Under the pieces are notes generated by a model. That model searched no databases. It worked only from the letters and a program-made list of their open reading frames with translations, and was not told where the DNA came from. From Macrostomum lignano (Eukaryota), in contig NIVC01003761.1 of the NCBI GenBank assembly GCA_002269645.1, positions 1 through 64,000 of the forward strand: a stretch of 64,000 nucleotides of DNA, written 5' to 3'. Positions 11,912 to 22,071 of the stretch are shown one piece after another; the stretch's first letter is position 1, and each line of letters starts with the position of its first letter. A program made the translations under genes and the position numbers.

Positions 11912-14900
11912 CTATGGGCGGAGGGTTGGCGCCGCCCAGGGAGGTCCCCCAGTGTCGCCAGCAGCTATGGTGCTCTCTGGAAAGGAGAGTTCAGCCCTGC
12001 GGGTGGCCCGAAGGTAGCGCATGAGCTGATTAAAGTTTTCGGGTTTGCACGCTTCAGTAATAGATGTGTGTGGCCCGAGGTAAGTGAGTCTGGCCCGCGT
12101 GAAGGCGGGACAGATGCTGACGAAATGCTCAGCGGTTTCGTCACCTGAGTTGCAGAAGCTACAGGTGGCGTTGGTGGCGTTGCCCTGCAGGTACTGGTGC
12201 CTGGAGAAGCAGCCGTGACCAGAGAGGGTCATGGTGGCAGCCCGGATGTCTCTGCGCGAGAGGCGCAAGAGGAGCTTCCGGAGCTGGTGAGAGGGCTGAG
12301 GGACAGCGCCTCTGGATTGCCTGCAGTTCGTGCGGTTCGCCCAAGTCGAGCGGTGCTGAGTCCTGATCCACGCTTTGATGCGCGAGTCGATGACACAGCC
12401 AGGAATCGGGACAAGAGGTTCGGGGCCGAGAGAGGAGCCGGAGGCACCAACTTTTGCAAGGGTGTCAGCCAACTCATTTCCTCGGATCCCCACATGCCCC
12501 GGAACCCACTTAAGGGTAATTTTGTTGGCGGAACCCAACATGTTGAGGAGTTTGATACAGTCGAGGACTGTAGCATAGTTGGTGCTGCAGCCACTGATGG
12601 CGTGCAAGGCAGCTTGGCTGTCCGAATGGAAAATGATGTTCTTACCAGTAACGCCAGTGGCGAGAAGCTCTGCAGTGCAGGAGCTGATGGCCAGAACTTC
12701 ATTTTGGAAAACACTGGAGTTGACCCCAGTGTATTGAGCGTGGGTAGCGATGACCCTCCCGTTCAGAAAGATTCCAACACCAAAGCCGGTGTTGGCTGAC
12801 TGCTTAGAACCGTCGGTGAAGCAATGAAGCTCACCAGGGTTCCATTGGTCATTGATGTTATCGCGCGAGTCGATAGCTACGGAGTAGCGCTGTCTCAGGT
12901 TGAGCGTTGAGGCAATGCCATCGGTGAAGACGCGATTGGCCTGACACTCGTTGAGAAAGTTGAGGCACAGATCGCTATGCGGGACAAGGTTCCGCTTAGC
13001 AGGTGCTCTCATGTAAATGAATTTGACGCCGGCATCAATTAGACGCCGCGTCGTTCTAGCCGCCTCACCCCTGATGAAGAGGTCAAGAGGCGGAAGATTA
13101 AGGAAGGCCCCCATGCCAGCAAAGGGCGTGGACCTGGTGGCGTTGCAGATAGCCTACACGCTCTGCCTTGGATCGTGTTGAGCAGGTCTGCATGGCTTTT
13201 GACCTGGGTAGCGCTAACCCAGACAACAGAGGCGTACGTAATGGCAGGTCTAACTACGGAAGTATAGATCCACCAAAGCCGCTTTGGGGATAGACCCCAA
13301 GAAGTGCCAAGTGCTCGTCGGAGCTGGGCCAGGATGGCTGAGGCACGCTTGGCTTTTGCTTTCACGTGGAGGACCAGTTGAGCCGGTGGTCAAGTATGAC
13401 CCCGAGACATCTGGTCTGGTGCGCGAAGGCAATATCTCTGCCGTAGAGCTGCAGAGGACGTATGTTCCAGCGTAGTCTGCTGGTAAACATAATGGCAACG
13501 GTTTTGGGCTCAGAGAGTTCCAGACCATTGTCATTGGCCCAGGATTCTGCTTTGCGGATAAAGCTCTGCATCAGATCCCTGAGCGTGCTGGGAGACGGTC
13601 CTGCCACAATGGCCGTGACGTCATCAGCATACCCGACTTTGAAGACGGGGTCGGGTCGGGAGTCACTCAAAAGAGCGTCCATGACCAGGTTCCAGAGCGT
13701 CGGGGTGAGGACTCCGCCTTGGGGTCCACCCTTACAGACTCTGGTGGAGGCAGTTTGCCCAAGAAGTTGGGCAGTGACCGTACGGTTGGAGATCATGTAC
13801 ATGATCCACCGTATGAGGGTAGCATGAGCTTTGCGATTTTGAAGGGCCCTCTGAAACGCTTCAAAGATAACGTTGTCGAAGGCGCCAACAATGTCAAGAA
13901 AGAGAGCCAGAGCGTAACCGTCACCCAGTACCGCCCTTTCAATCTTCTCGACAATCGCATGCAGGCGCTGTCAGTCGACCTCCCGGTACGGAAGGCGTGC
14001 TGATTATTGCTGAGGGGCATCGCTGTCAGCTCGCAGGACAGCAGCCGCCAGAGAATAAGCCTCTCAGTGAGCTTAAGCATTGCTGACGTTAAGCTAATAG
14101 GCCGGAAGGCCTTGACGCTTTGGTAGTCACCCTTCCCAGGTTTGGGAATAAAGACTACCGAGCTTCAGTCCAGCATTTGGGAACGTATCCCAGCTGGATA
14201 GAGGCCCGCATAAGATTGCGGGTGAGTCTCAGGAACGAGGGTATCTTGGCTGCTTCACGAAGGAGAACAGGGTAGATACCATCAGGTCCAGGAGATTTGA
14301 AGGGTTTGAAGGTTCTGACCGCACGAGCGATTAGGTCTTCAGTGACAATGCCCGCCGCTAGGGTGGCTCCATCCATCGAATGGTTGGGCTCCGGTCTAGC
14401 AGTAGGTACCCTCGGGAAGAATGTGCTAAGCATATGCTGAAGCACTTCTTCAGGGTCTTTAGTAAGAGAGCCATCATCTTTTTTGATCATGGCTAATTTG
14501 GACATTTTGTCCATTGTAAGGGCCTTGACAAGCCTAGAAGTAGGTCTGTCTTGATCCAATTCATTGCAGAATTGGCGCCACTTACATTCCTTGGCCTTGC
14601 GCACTTCAGATTTGAAATTGCGGGAGGCTTGCCGGAAAAGCTCCATGTCCTCCGGGTTTCCGGTCTTCATGGCACGGCGATGAAGGCTTTTGGCCTTCCG
14701 CCTGAGTTTCCCCAGCTCCGGGTTCCACCACGGCGCCGAGGTCTTGCCTTTGTAGGCGCGAGCAGGACAAGCCGCTTCGTAGGCTTCAATAATGCAACCT
14801 GTCAGCGTCTCAGCCATATGATCCACATCCTCGCAGGTCTCAATCGGACGTAAGTCCGTGAGTTCCTGCAGGTGCAGATCAAGGGCAGCCTTGTAGGCCG

Positions 14901-15647
14901 CCCAATCAGTGTTGCGGATATTGCGTCTCCAAGTGATCGGAGACTGGGTTTTAGTGTCCGCGATGTTAAAGGCGATAAAGCAGTGGTCAGACAGGGAGGG
15001 CTCCTCAGACCAGACTCTCCACTCCTCAACTCTGTCAAAGAGTCTTGGGGTAACGAGTGTGGCGTCGAGGACCTCGTCCATCTGCCATTATTAAAGGTAG
15101 GAGTGCTGCCGCGGTTGCAGAGCATGAGGTTTGTGTTAGAGATGAGGGCCAGAAGCTCCTCTCCTCTAGTGTTGGTATCTTTGCTGCCCCAGTGCTTGTG
15201 GTGCGCGTTGAGGTCGCCCCCTAAGCACAGCTCAGCGTTCTGGGACTCGCAGTACTGCGCGAGGCGCAGTAAATTCTCAGGAGCAGGGTCTCTGTCGCCT
15301 GGGATATAAACCGAGGCAACAAGACACGTACGCGGAGAGAAATGATTAGATTGGATGACGCAAAGGTCTCCATCAGAGAGATCAGTCCTCAGCCAAGCCT
15401 GGAGATGGCTAGCAGCGAGGATAGCCGCTCTAGGGCGACTGTTCCCCGGGCCACACACATAAAAATCAGAGTAGCCAGAGGGAATGTTGGGCAACTTACT
15501 GTTGCGCATCCAGGGTTCCTGGATCAGGATGAGGCCTGGCCTGTACAGCTCAGCAATCTTCATCAGATTTACTGACGCAGATACGCAATGCTGTAAATTA
15601 ATTTGCAGACAGAATGTCGCTCCTTTGGCAGCGTGGAGCTTAGTCAT
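11912..15647 (-). CDS. Retrotransposon ORF2: AP endonuclease, reverse transcriptase, RNase H, C-terminal zinc knuckle (~1246 aa after repairing five 1-nt deletions)
   Basis: APE motifs QINLQH, LIQEPW, GDLNAHH, SDH. RT motifs KSPGPDG, RPISL, FLDIVGAFDNV, PQGGVLTP, GYADDV, LGVILD. RNase H motifs FTDGSK, NEVLAI, SDSQAAL, WVPGH, GNELADTLAK. CSFC...ETAEHFVSIC knuckle. Frame breaks near 15078, 14158, 13964, 13370 and 13153. Confidence 0.92.
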
Positions 15648-15686
15648 ACTGTATTAAATGCAATTTCTGGCTAGAGCCCAGGGCCA

Positions 15687-17190
15687 TCAAGGAGACTTGG
15701 ACAACAGATCGTCCTCGTCCCAGGCCGCTGGGGCTTGACTGGGAGATGGGAGTTGGTCGACGTCCATGGCCTCCTCACCCCCACCGGCCCCCCAGCAGAG
15801 TCCTCAGGCTCCGATGACAGGATGGAGGAAGCTTCCTCACCTGCATCTTTACCTTCAGACCCCACCAGGGTGGCCGAGGAGAGCTCGGATTCCGAAGACC
15901 CGGCCTCGTCCTCAACTCCTTCTCCGACTGGCAGGTTTGGTTCCCGGGGCTTGGCCGGAGCCGTTACCGCGGTCGCCGAACTGCTGCTAGCAGAGGGGCG
16001 AGATGCAGCTTCGGCTTTGGGATCGGCTTGCGCCTTTCCTTGGGCCTTAGACTGCGCCCCGCTCTTGCCGGAGATGCCGGGGTTGGCAGTAGCCTTCCCT
16101 TTGGCAGACTTTCCTCGGCGCATCTTGAGCTTGAGGGCACCCAGCTGGAAAGAGGATCCATTAGGGTACCGACTCGCCCAAGTGCTGGAAAGGCCGAGGA
16201 CAATTGAGTTGCCCGTCTCCCCCTGCGGACTTTGCGGTGATACACCAGTCCACTAGCAGGGAGGTCGGGGTTCAGACGCAGTAGGACCCGGCGAATAACG
16301 TCTGGTCCAGCTGCGGTGCTCTTAGCAGGGACGAAAACCACATAGGGTATCGTCTTTGGACGCTGGCCCTCGCGAAGAAAAAGAGCTCCGCCAAGGTCAG
16401 CATCCAAGGAGACCGTCGGTAGCCGCTGGAGCAGCTGCCGAGCGTCCTCCTCGCTGCTAGGAGCAATAAGAACGAATGTGCTTCGCAGCACCATCCGCTC
16501 AATGCCGATGGAGATTCCCTCCTCGACAGTCAGCTCAATCAGATAGGAGTCAACAGCACTCCACACTTTTTGAAGCTGATCAGTGGTCCAGTCCTGGTCG
16601 CGACCTTGGATGATCACTCCCGGGATTTTGGCCTTGGCCTTCGCCGCAAAGGTAGCTCCCGAAGGAACCTCCTTGTTGGCAGTGGCCATTTGTTGCGCCG
16701 TGGTTTCGGCCTCAGCAGCCGCAGCAGCATCTCCAGGGAGCGCCGCCGCTGAACTACCGGAGCTTCCACCGGCCGGCCCGTCTGGTTGCCTTGGGACGCC
16801 AGTCGCTTCAGCATCCATGGTGGACGCCGCCGCTTTGGCCCCCGCAGCTCCCTTCTTGGCCTGCCTTTTGGCGCGTTGTTTAGCGCGTTTGCGCTCAAGC
16901 CGAGCCCGCTGAGCTTCGTCGGATCTGCCAGATTTGGCCGGTCCTTTAGGCTCAGAGCTCGCGGTTCCCTTAGATCCACCAGCGGAGCTGGCAGGTCTTT
17001 GGGTATTTTGAGTTTGGTAGCTCTGGTCGGATCTGCCAGCAGAGCCAGCCGGTCCTTCCTTTGCCACAGTTGAATCAGTCGGTTGGGATCTGCCAGCAGG
17101 GCCGGCCGGTCCTTCGGACTGAGGTTGGGGTTTAGAAGGGTCCCCGTCCCTAGAAATAGCTTGTTTATCCATAGTCGGCTCGAAGGCCAT
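15687..17190 (-). CDS. Retrotransposon ORF1 (gag-like nucleic-acid-binding protein; low-complexity basic N- and C-termini around a globular core)
   Basis: ATG at 17190. ORF pieces 15964-17247 and 15671-16123 join if one G is restored in the runs at 16219-16223 and 15788-15793. The stop lies 40 nt before the ORF2 ATG. Confidence 0.75.
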
Positions 17191-17465
17191 GATAGAAGGT
17201 TGGTGGGCTACCCTCAAAGGGGCGCGGTACCCACCCGGCCGCTCCACCTGACCGGGCAGTAGGCCAATAGCACCCTCAAGGCTGGCCCGACACCAGGAGG
17301 GGGACCGCTTGCGACCGGACTACTCCCCGGCCTTCCAGCCCATCGGCACGGTCAACACCTTAGGCATTAGAGAGTACGTTGAGCAGTACCACGGCCTGCA
17401 GGTTGGCGAGCCAGACCCGCATACCCAAATTCGGCCGAAGCCACTGGATAGGGTCGCCAGCGCCG

Positions 17466-17708
17466 GAGCCCAGTCTGTCCAGCAGCCCTAGGGACTGCCT
17501 TGAACACACGCGGGGACGAGTACCCTGGGTCGACTTGCGAGACAGCGTGGGGGGGGGTCTGCGGCTGCCAGAGGCAAATAGAGGGTGCAGACCTCCCACC
17601 AGCCTTGACCTGCTGAAGATAGGGGCAGGCGTGAAGCATCGCAGACCTTAGCCCATGGGCCTAGTCTGTCTCATACTTCACTGGCATGCTGAATACGCCT
17701 TCGCGTGC
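17466..17708 (-). ncRNA. HDV-like self-cleaving ribozyme at the retrotransposon 5' end (predicted)
   Basis: P1 GCACGCG (17708-17702) / CGCGUGU (17512-17506) with G1.U wobble. P2 GACCCA (17531-17526) / UGGG-c-UC (17472-17466). P3 GGG/CCC around L3 UACUCGU (17522-17516). P1.1 AC/GU. P4 GCAGUCC-CUA-GGGCUGC. J4/2 CAGA with candidate catalytic C at 17477. Long structured J1/2. Confidence 0.8.
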
Positions 17709-19198
17709 CCTGTTCACTTCTGTTCACTCCTGTTCACTCCTGTTCACACTCCTGTTCACTCCTGTTCACACTCCTGTTCACTCCTGTTCACTCCTGTTCA
17801 CTTCTGTTCACTCCTGTTCACTCCTGTTCACACTCCTGTTCACTCCTGTTCACTCCTGTTCACACTCCTGTTCACTCCTGTTCACTCATGTTCACACTCC
17901 TGTTCACTCTTGCTCACACTTCTGTTAACACTCCTGTTCACACTTCTGCTAACACTCCTGTTCACACTCCTGTTCACTCTTGCTCACACTTCTGCTAACA
18001 CTCCTGTACACTCCTGTTCACTCCTGTTCACTCCTGTTCACTCCTGTTCACTCCTGTTCACTCCTGTTCACTCCTGTTCACTCCTGTTCACTCCTGTTCA
18101 CTCATGTTCACTTGTGTTCACTCCTGTTCACTCCTGTTCACTCCTGTTCACTCCTGTTCACTCCTGTTCACTCCTGTTCACTCCTGTTCACTTCTGTTCA
18201 CTCATGTTCACTCCTGTTCACTCCTGTTCACTCCTGTTCACTCCTGTTCACTCTTGTTCACTTCTGGTCACTCCTGTTCACTCCTGTTCACTCATGTTCA
18301 CTCCTGTTCACTCCTGTTCACTCGTGTTCACTCCTGTTCACTCCTGTTCACTCCTGTTCACTCATGTTCACTCGTGTTCACTCCTGTTCACTCCTGTTTA
18401 CTCGTGTTCACTCATGTTCACTCCTGTTCATTCCTGTTCACTCCTGTTCACTCCTGTTCACTCCTGTTCACTCTTGTTCACTTCTGGTCACTCTTGTTCA
18501 CTTCTGGTCACTCCTGTTCACTCCTGTTCACTCCTGTTCACTCCTGTTCACTCCTGTTCACTCTTGTTCACTTCTGGTCACTCCTGTTCACTCCTGTTCA
18601 CTCATGTTCACTCCTGTTCACTCCTGTTCACTCGTGTTCACTCCTGTTCACTCCTGTTCACTCCTGTTCACTCATGTTCACTCGTGTTCACTCCTGTTCA
18701 CTCCTGTTTACTCGTGTTCACTCATGTTCACTCCTGTTCATTCCTGTTCACTCCTGTTCACTCCTGTTCACTCCTGTTCACTCGTGTTCACTTCTGGTCA
18801 CTCCTGTTCACTCCTGTTCACTCATGTTCACTCCTGTTCACTCCTGTTCACTCGTGTTCACTCCTGTTCACTCCTGTTCACTCCTGTTCACTCATGTTCA
18901 CTCGTGTTCACTCCTGTTCACTCCTGTTTACTCGTGTTCACTCATGTTCACTCCTGTTCATTCCTGTTCACTCCTGTTCACTCCTGTTCACTCCTGTTCA
19001 CTCTTGTTCACTTCTGGTCACTCTTGTTCACTTCTGGTCACTCCTGTTCACTCCTGTTCACTCCTGTTCACTCCTGTTCACTCCTGTTCACTCCTGTTCA
19101 CTCCTGTTCACTCCTGTTCACTCCTGTTCACTCCTGTTCACTCCTGTTCACTCCTGTTCACTCCTGTTCACTCCTGTTCACTCCTGCTCACTCCTGTT
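17709..19198. repeat. 10-bp satellite (CTCCTGTTCA)n, right part, about 150 units
   Basis: Direct inspection. ORFs 17655-19310 etc. are repeat translations. Confidence 0.97.
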
Positions 19199-19611
19199 AT
19201 TAGCCTACTCTAACCAAGACAGATCGGAGAGTACTTTATTGAGTACCTACTTTATAAAGGCAAGAAAACCTCTGCTCAAAGTTTGCCCTCAAATTCAACC
19301 CTCGCCCTAAGCAACCACATAATAGTTGTTTTTAACGAGTTTAAAATCAGAGCGCAACAATTCGCGTTAATTGACGTTTAGCGTGACAATCAGCTAATTG
19401 GAAATTAGAACGCAAAATACACCATCAAGCAGAGCAAACAGCGTCAAGATTCTGATAAGCCAAACGGGGCTCCTAAACTAGACCGGGAATGCTCGCCCTA
19501 TCAGCTGAGGAACATTTACTAAAGTAAATGCGCGCGCCATTTGCAATCCAAATTGTTTGGCAGACCAGAAACTAATGACCTTAATCGATAACTATTGCTG
19601 CGGAAAGCAGA

Positions 19612-21285
19612 ATGAATTCTGTAGGTCAGCTTGTAGCGCAGGCCCTTGAGAGAACCAACGCTCACGCGCTAGCCCGTCTAGTCACTGAAAAGCGGCTGTA
19701 CACGAGAGTCCTGTGGCTGATTGCCTGGCTGATCTGCTGTGGCTTCTTCATCCGCCAGCTGGTCGGCTTCATTATCCGTCTCCAGGCGAATGACGTCACT
19801 ACAAACCTTCGAGTCGACGAGGTGCCGTTCCAGTACCCGGATCTGTACTTTTGCTTCGACAACCCCATGTCCGGCAGCCGGCACTTGGAGGTGAGCCCGG
19901 AGTTTGCTGCGCTGGTCAACTGGACGCTACAGTCAGCGAAAGCGACCACGGAGAGCTGGTGCAGTCAGCTGCCCGAGGAGTACTGCGACGCGATCAAGTT
20001 GGACTCAGCTGAGCTGCGGCTCAACTCGCTGCCTTACAATCGGCTAGTGAACGAATTGGGCCATATAAAAGAGCAGTCGATCATAGTGGCGACCCTAGCG
20101 AGAACCAACGGACTAGACTATTACCAAATGCTGCTGGAAGGAAAGCCGTTTTATCATCCGAAGCATCTCCGTTGCTTCAAGATTTCGCTAAATGTCACGC
20201 AGCGAGAAGTTATGCGAATCGCTGGACCAGACGACGTCTTGTACATCATGGCAATGATGGACGCTCCAGACTTACGAATGGGCCGTCCAATTCTACCAGT
20301 TGTCAGCAACGAGTTTGGAAACTTCACCGCACCCTACTGGGCGTTGGACAGAGTTAGCCTGTCCTCAAAGGTCCGCAGCTCGACCATTCGAGTCTACATC
20401 ACCAGTCCCGGTCACTATCCGACCGACTTCGACGAATCAATGGTACTCGAGAGCGGTCGCAGCTACAGCATCCAGCTCGAGATGGAGGAGCAGGTGCACA
20501 GCGAAGACCCAAATCGATGCGTCGAGAGCCATCCGAGCGTGAATATTGTGAACCCGTTCGACAACTCTGCGTACCCGGTGGTCTACAACTACGGCTACTG
20601 CTACCTGAGCGCGATGCAGGCCCAGTTCAGGCGAGTGCTCAATGCCTCGTTGGGGTACCTCCCGCAGCCGTGGCCGCCCTCCGACCGCTTGCTGTTTAAC
20701 CTCAGCAGCCGTTGGGGCCAAAGCACGGAGGACATTAAAAACTACTTGGAGAAGAAATCAGAGTTAAAAATCGAAGAACCATTTGAACGTTGCGTCAACT
20801 TACGTCCTTGCACTGAACAGATTTACACAGCAACTGTTCGGAGCACTCTTTGGCTAGTCGAGAGCATCATTGACGACGTGGAAGGCTTGTTGATTTATTC
20901 CCAAAACAGGTCAGACAGTACCATGACTGCGTTAAAGTACTTAGAGAAAATTTTTGCTACTAAAAACTACAGTCGAGAGCTGGCAGACTACCTTTGGGCC
21001 AACATGCTGCAGATGCAGATCGCCGTTGAGAAGTCTAGATCGAACCGGATCATCTTCACTCGAGCTTACAGCTTGGAGAGCTTCGTGGCCGACTTGGGCG
21101 GAATTCTGGGCATCTACCTGGGCATGTCCGTGCTCACCGCCTGCGAGATTGTCCAGTTCCTGCACGACCTGGTCATTTTCTGCTTGGGAAAGTCAAATGT
21201 CGAAGAGAAGAAAAAGCAGAAGGAATCAAAGGAGATGGAAATTGTCAGTACATTTGAAAGCTTGAGTGCTTTTAGTTCGTCTTGA
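19612..21285 (+). CDS. DEG/ENaC (amiloride-sensitive sodium channel family) subunit, 557 aa, intronless
   Basis: Two TM helices. Pre-TM1 TNAHAL, post-TM1 FQYPDLYFC (FPAVTIC equivalent), TM2 YSLESFVADLGGILGIYLGMSVLTACEIV (GxS filter). Confidence 0.93.
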   Translation: MNSVGQLVAQALERTNAHALARLVTEKRLYTRVLWLIAWLICCGFFIRQLVGFIIRLQANDVTTNLRVDEVPFQYPDLYFCFDNPMSGSRHLEVSPEFAALVNWTLQSAKATTESWCSQLPEEYCDAIKLDSAELRLNSLPYNRLVNELGHIKEQSIIVATLARTNGLDYYQMLLEGKPFYHPKHLRCFKISLNVTQREVMRIAGPDDVLYIMAMMDAPDLRMGRPILPVVSNEFGNFTAPYWALDRVSLSSKVRSSTIRVYITSPGHYPTDFDESMVLESGRSYSIQLEMEEQVHSEDPNRCVESHPSVNIVNPFDNSAYPVVYNYGYCYLSAMQAQFRRVLNASLGYLPQPWPPSDRLLFNLSSRWGQSTEDIKNYLEKKSELKIEEPFERCVNLRPCTEQIYTATVRSTLWLVESIIDDVEGLLIYSQNRSDSTMTALKYLEKIFATKNYSRELADYLWANMLQMQIAVEKSRSNRIIFTRAYSLESFVADLGGILGIYLGMSVLTACEIVQFLHDLVIFCLGKSNVEEKKKQKESKEMEIVSTFESLSAFSSS

Positions 21286-22071
21286 TTTCATTGCACTTGT
21301 CATGGGGGCGCTGGACTTGATTTTCTAAGAATTGTTTAAGTAGTTAGTAAGTATGCTCTTAAAAGCGCATATTAGTGAGTAGTAAGTAGTGAGTAATATC
21401 CTAAAAATTTTTTAACTAATCTGAAGACAGATCCGGAAAATTTTTTGAACTTAATTTCTTCGGTTTGGTATAATATGCTTTTTGTATTCGTACTACTACG
21501 CCTCTTAGTTTTACTGCAACAACAAAAAACATTTTTGCAGACGAGTTACATTAGCTTTTTCATAGCGCTGAATAGGAGCTATTGACAAAGGAACAAGAGG
21601 AATTTCTTCGGAACTCTGCTTGCTCACCGGTCTTCAGTAGCATTTCATGAAAATTGCCTTACAAACTTGTGGGTGCATTGTCGAACGAAACGTGATTTTG
21701 TGAACTATTTTTACAACGAAAATCAGCCTCCTTTAAGATTTGCAAGAGCTGTGAGTGTACCTAGGAGCCTCCTGCTTGGGGTGTCCAAAATTGAAGTTCT
21801 CATTGCTTAAACGGGTAAACGAAAGACTATTATTAATTTGAACAAAAGCCACCATACCGAAGAAAGCGTTATTCATTCATGTCAAGTGAATCCAGGGAAG
21901 AATAGCAAAGACAGGTGTCTATCTATTGTTGCAATTTTTAAAGCAATGCCCCAAGCCAATCCCCCCCCCAAGACGGGGAAAATAATCTTCCAGAATAAAA
22001 AGACTGACTCAACTCTCTGCTCAAAGCCAGATAAAATTTGCTAGGTCACCAAAAAGCAGACAAATAGAACC

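Larger units (their letters stand above)
11816..17708 (-). mobile_element. Full-length non-LTR retrotransposon (ORF1; APE-RT-RNase H-CCHC ORF2), LOA/R1-type, with a 13-bp TSD CCTGTTCACTTCT (11803-11815 and 17709-17721)
   Basis: Two ORFs with a complete domain set, a ~520-nt 5' UTR, a short 3' UTR ending in TAAGTCAAGTAAGTCA, and an identical 13-mer on both flanks. Clade assignment comes from domain order and recalled motif similarity, not a phylogeny. Confidence 0.93.

Noticed and set aside
17655-19310. Long SCSLLFTPVH ORFs
   Set aside because: Readthrough of the 10-bp satellite in several frames.
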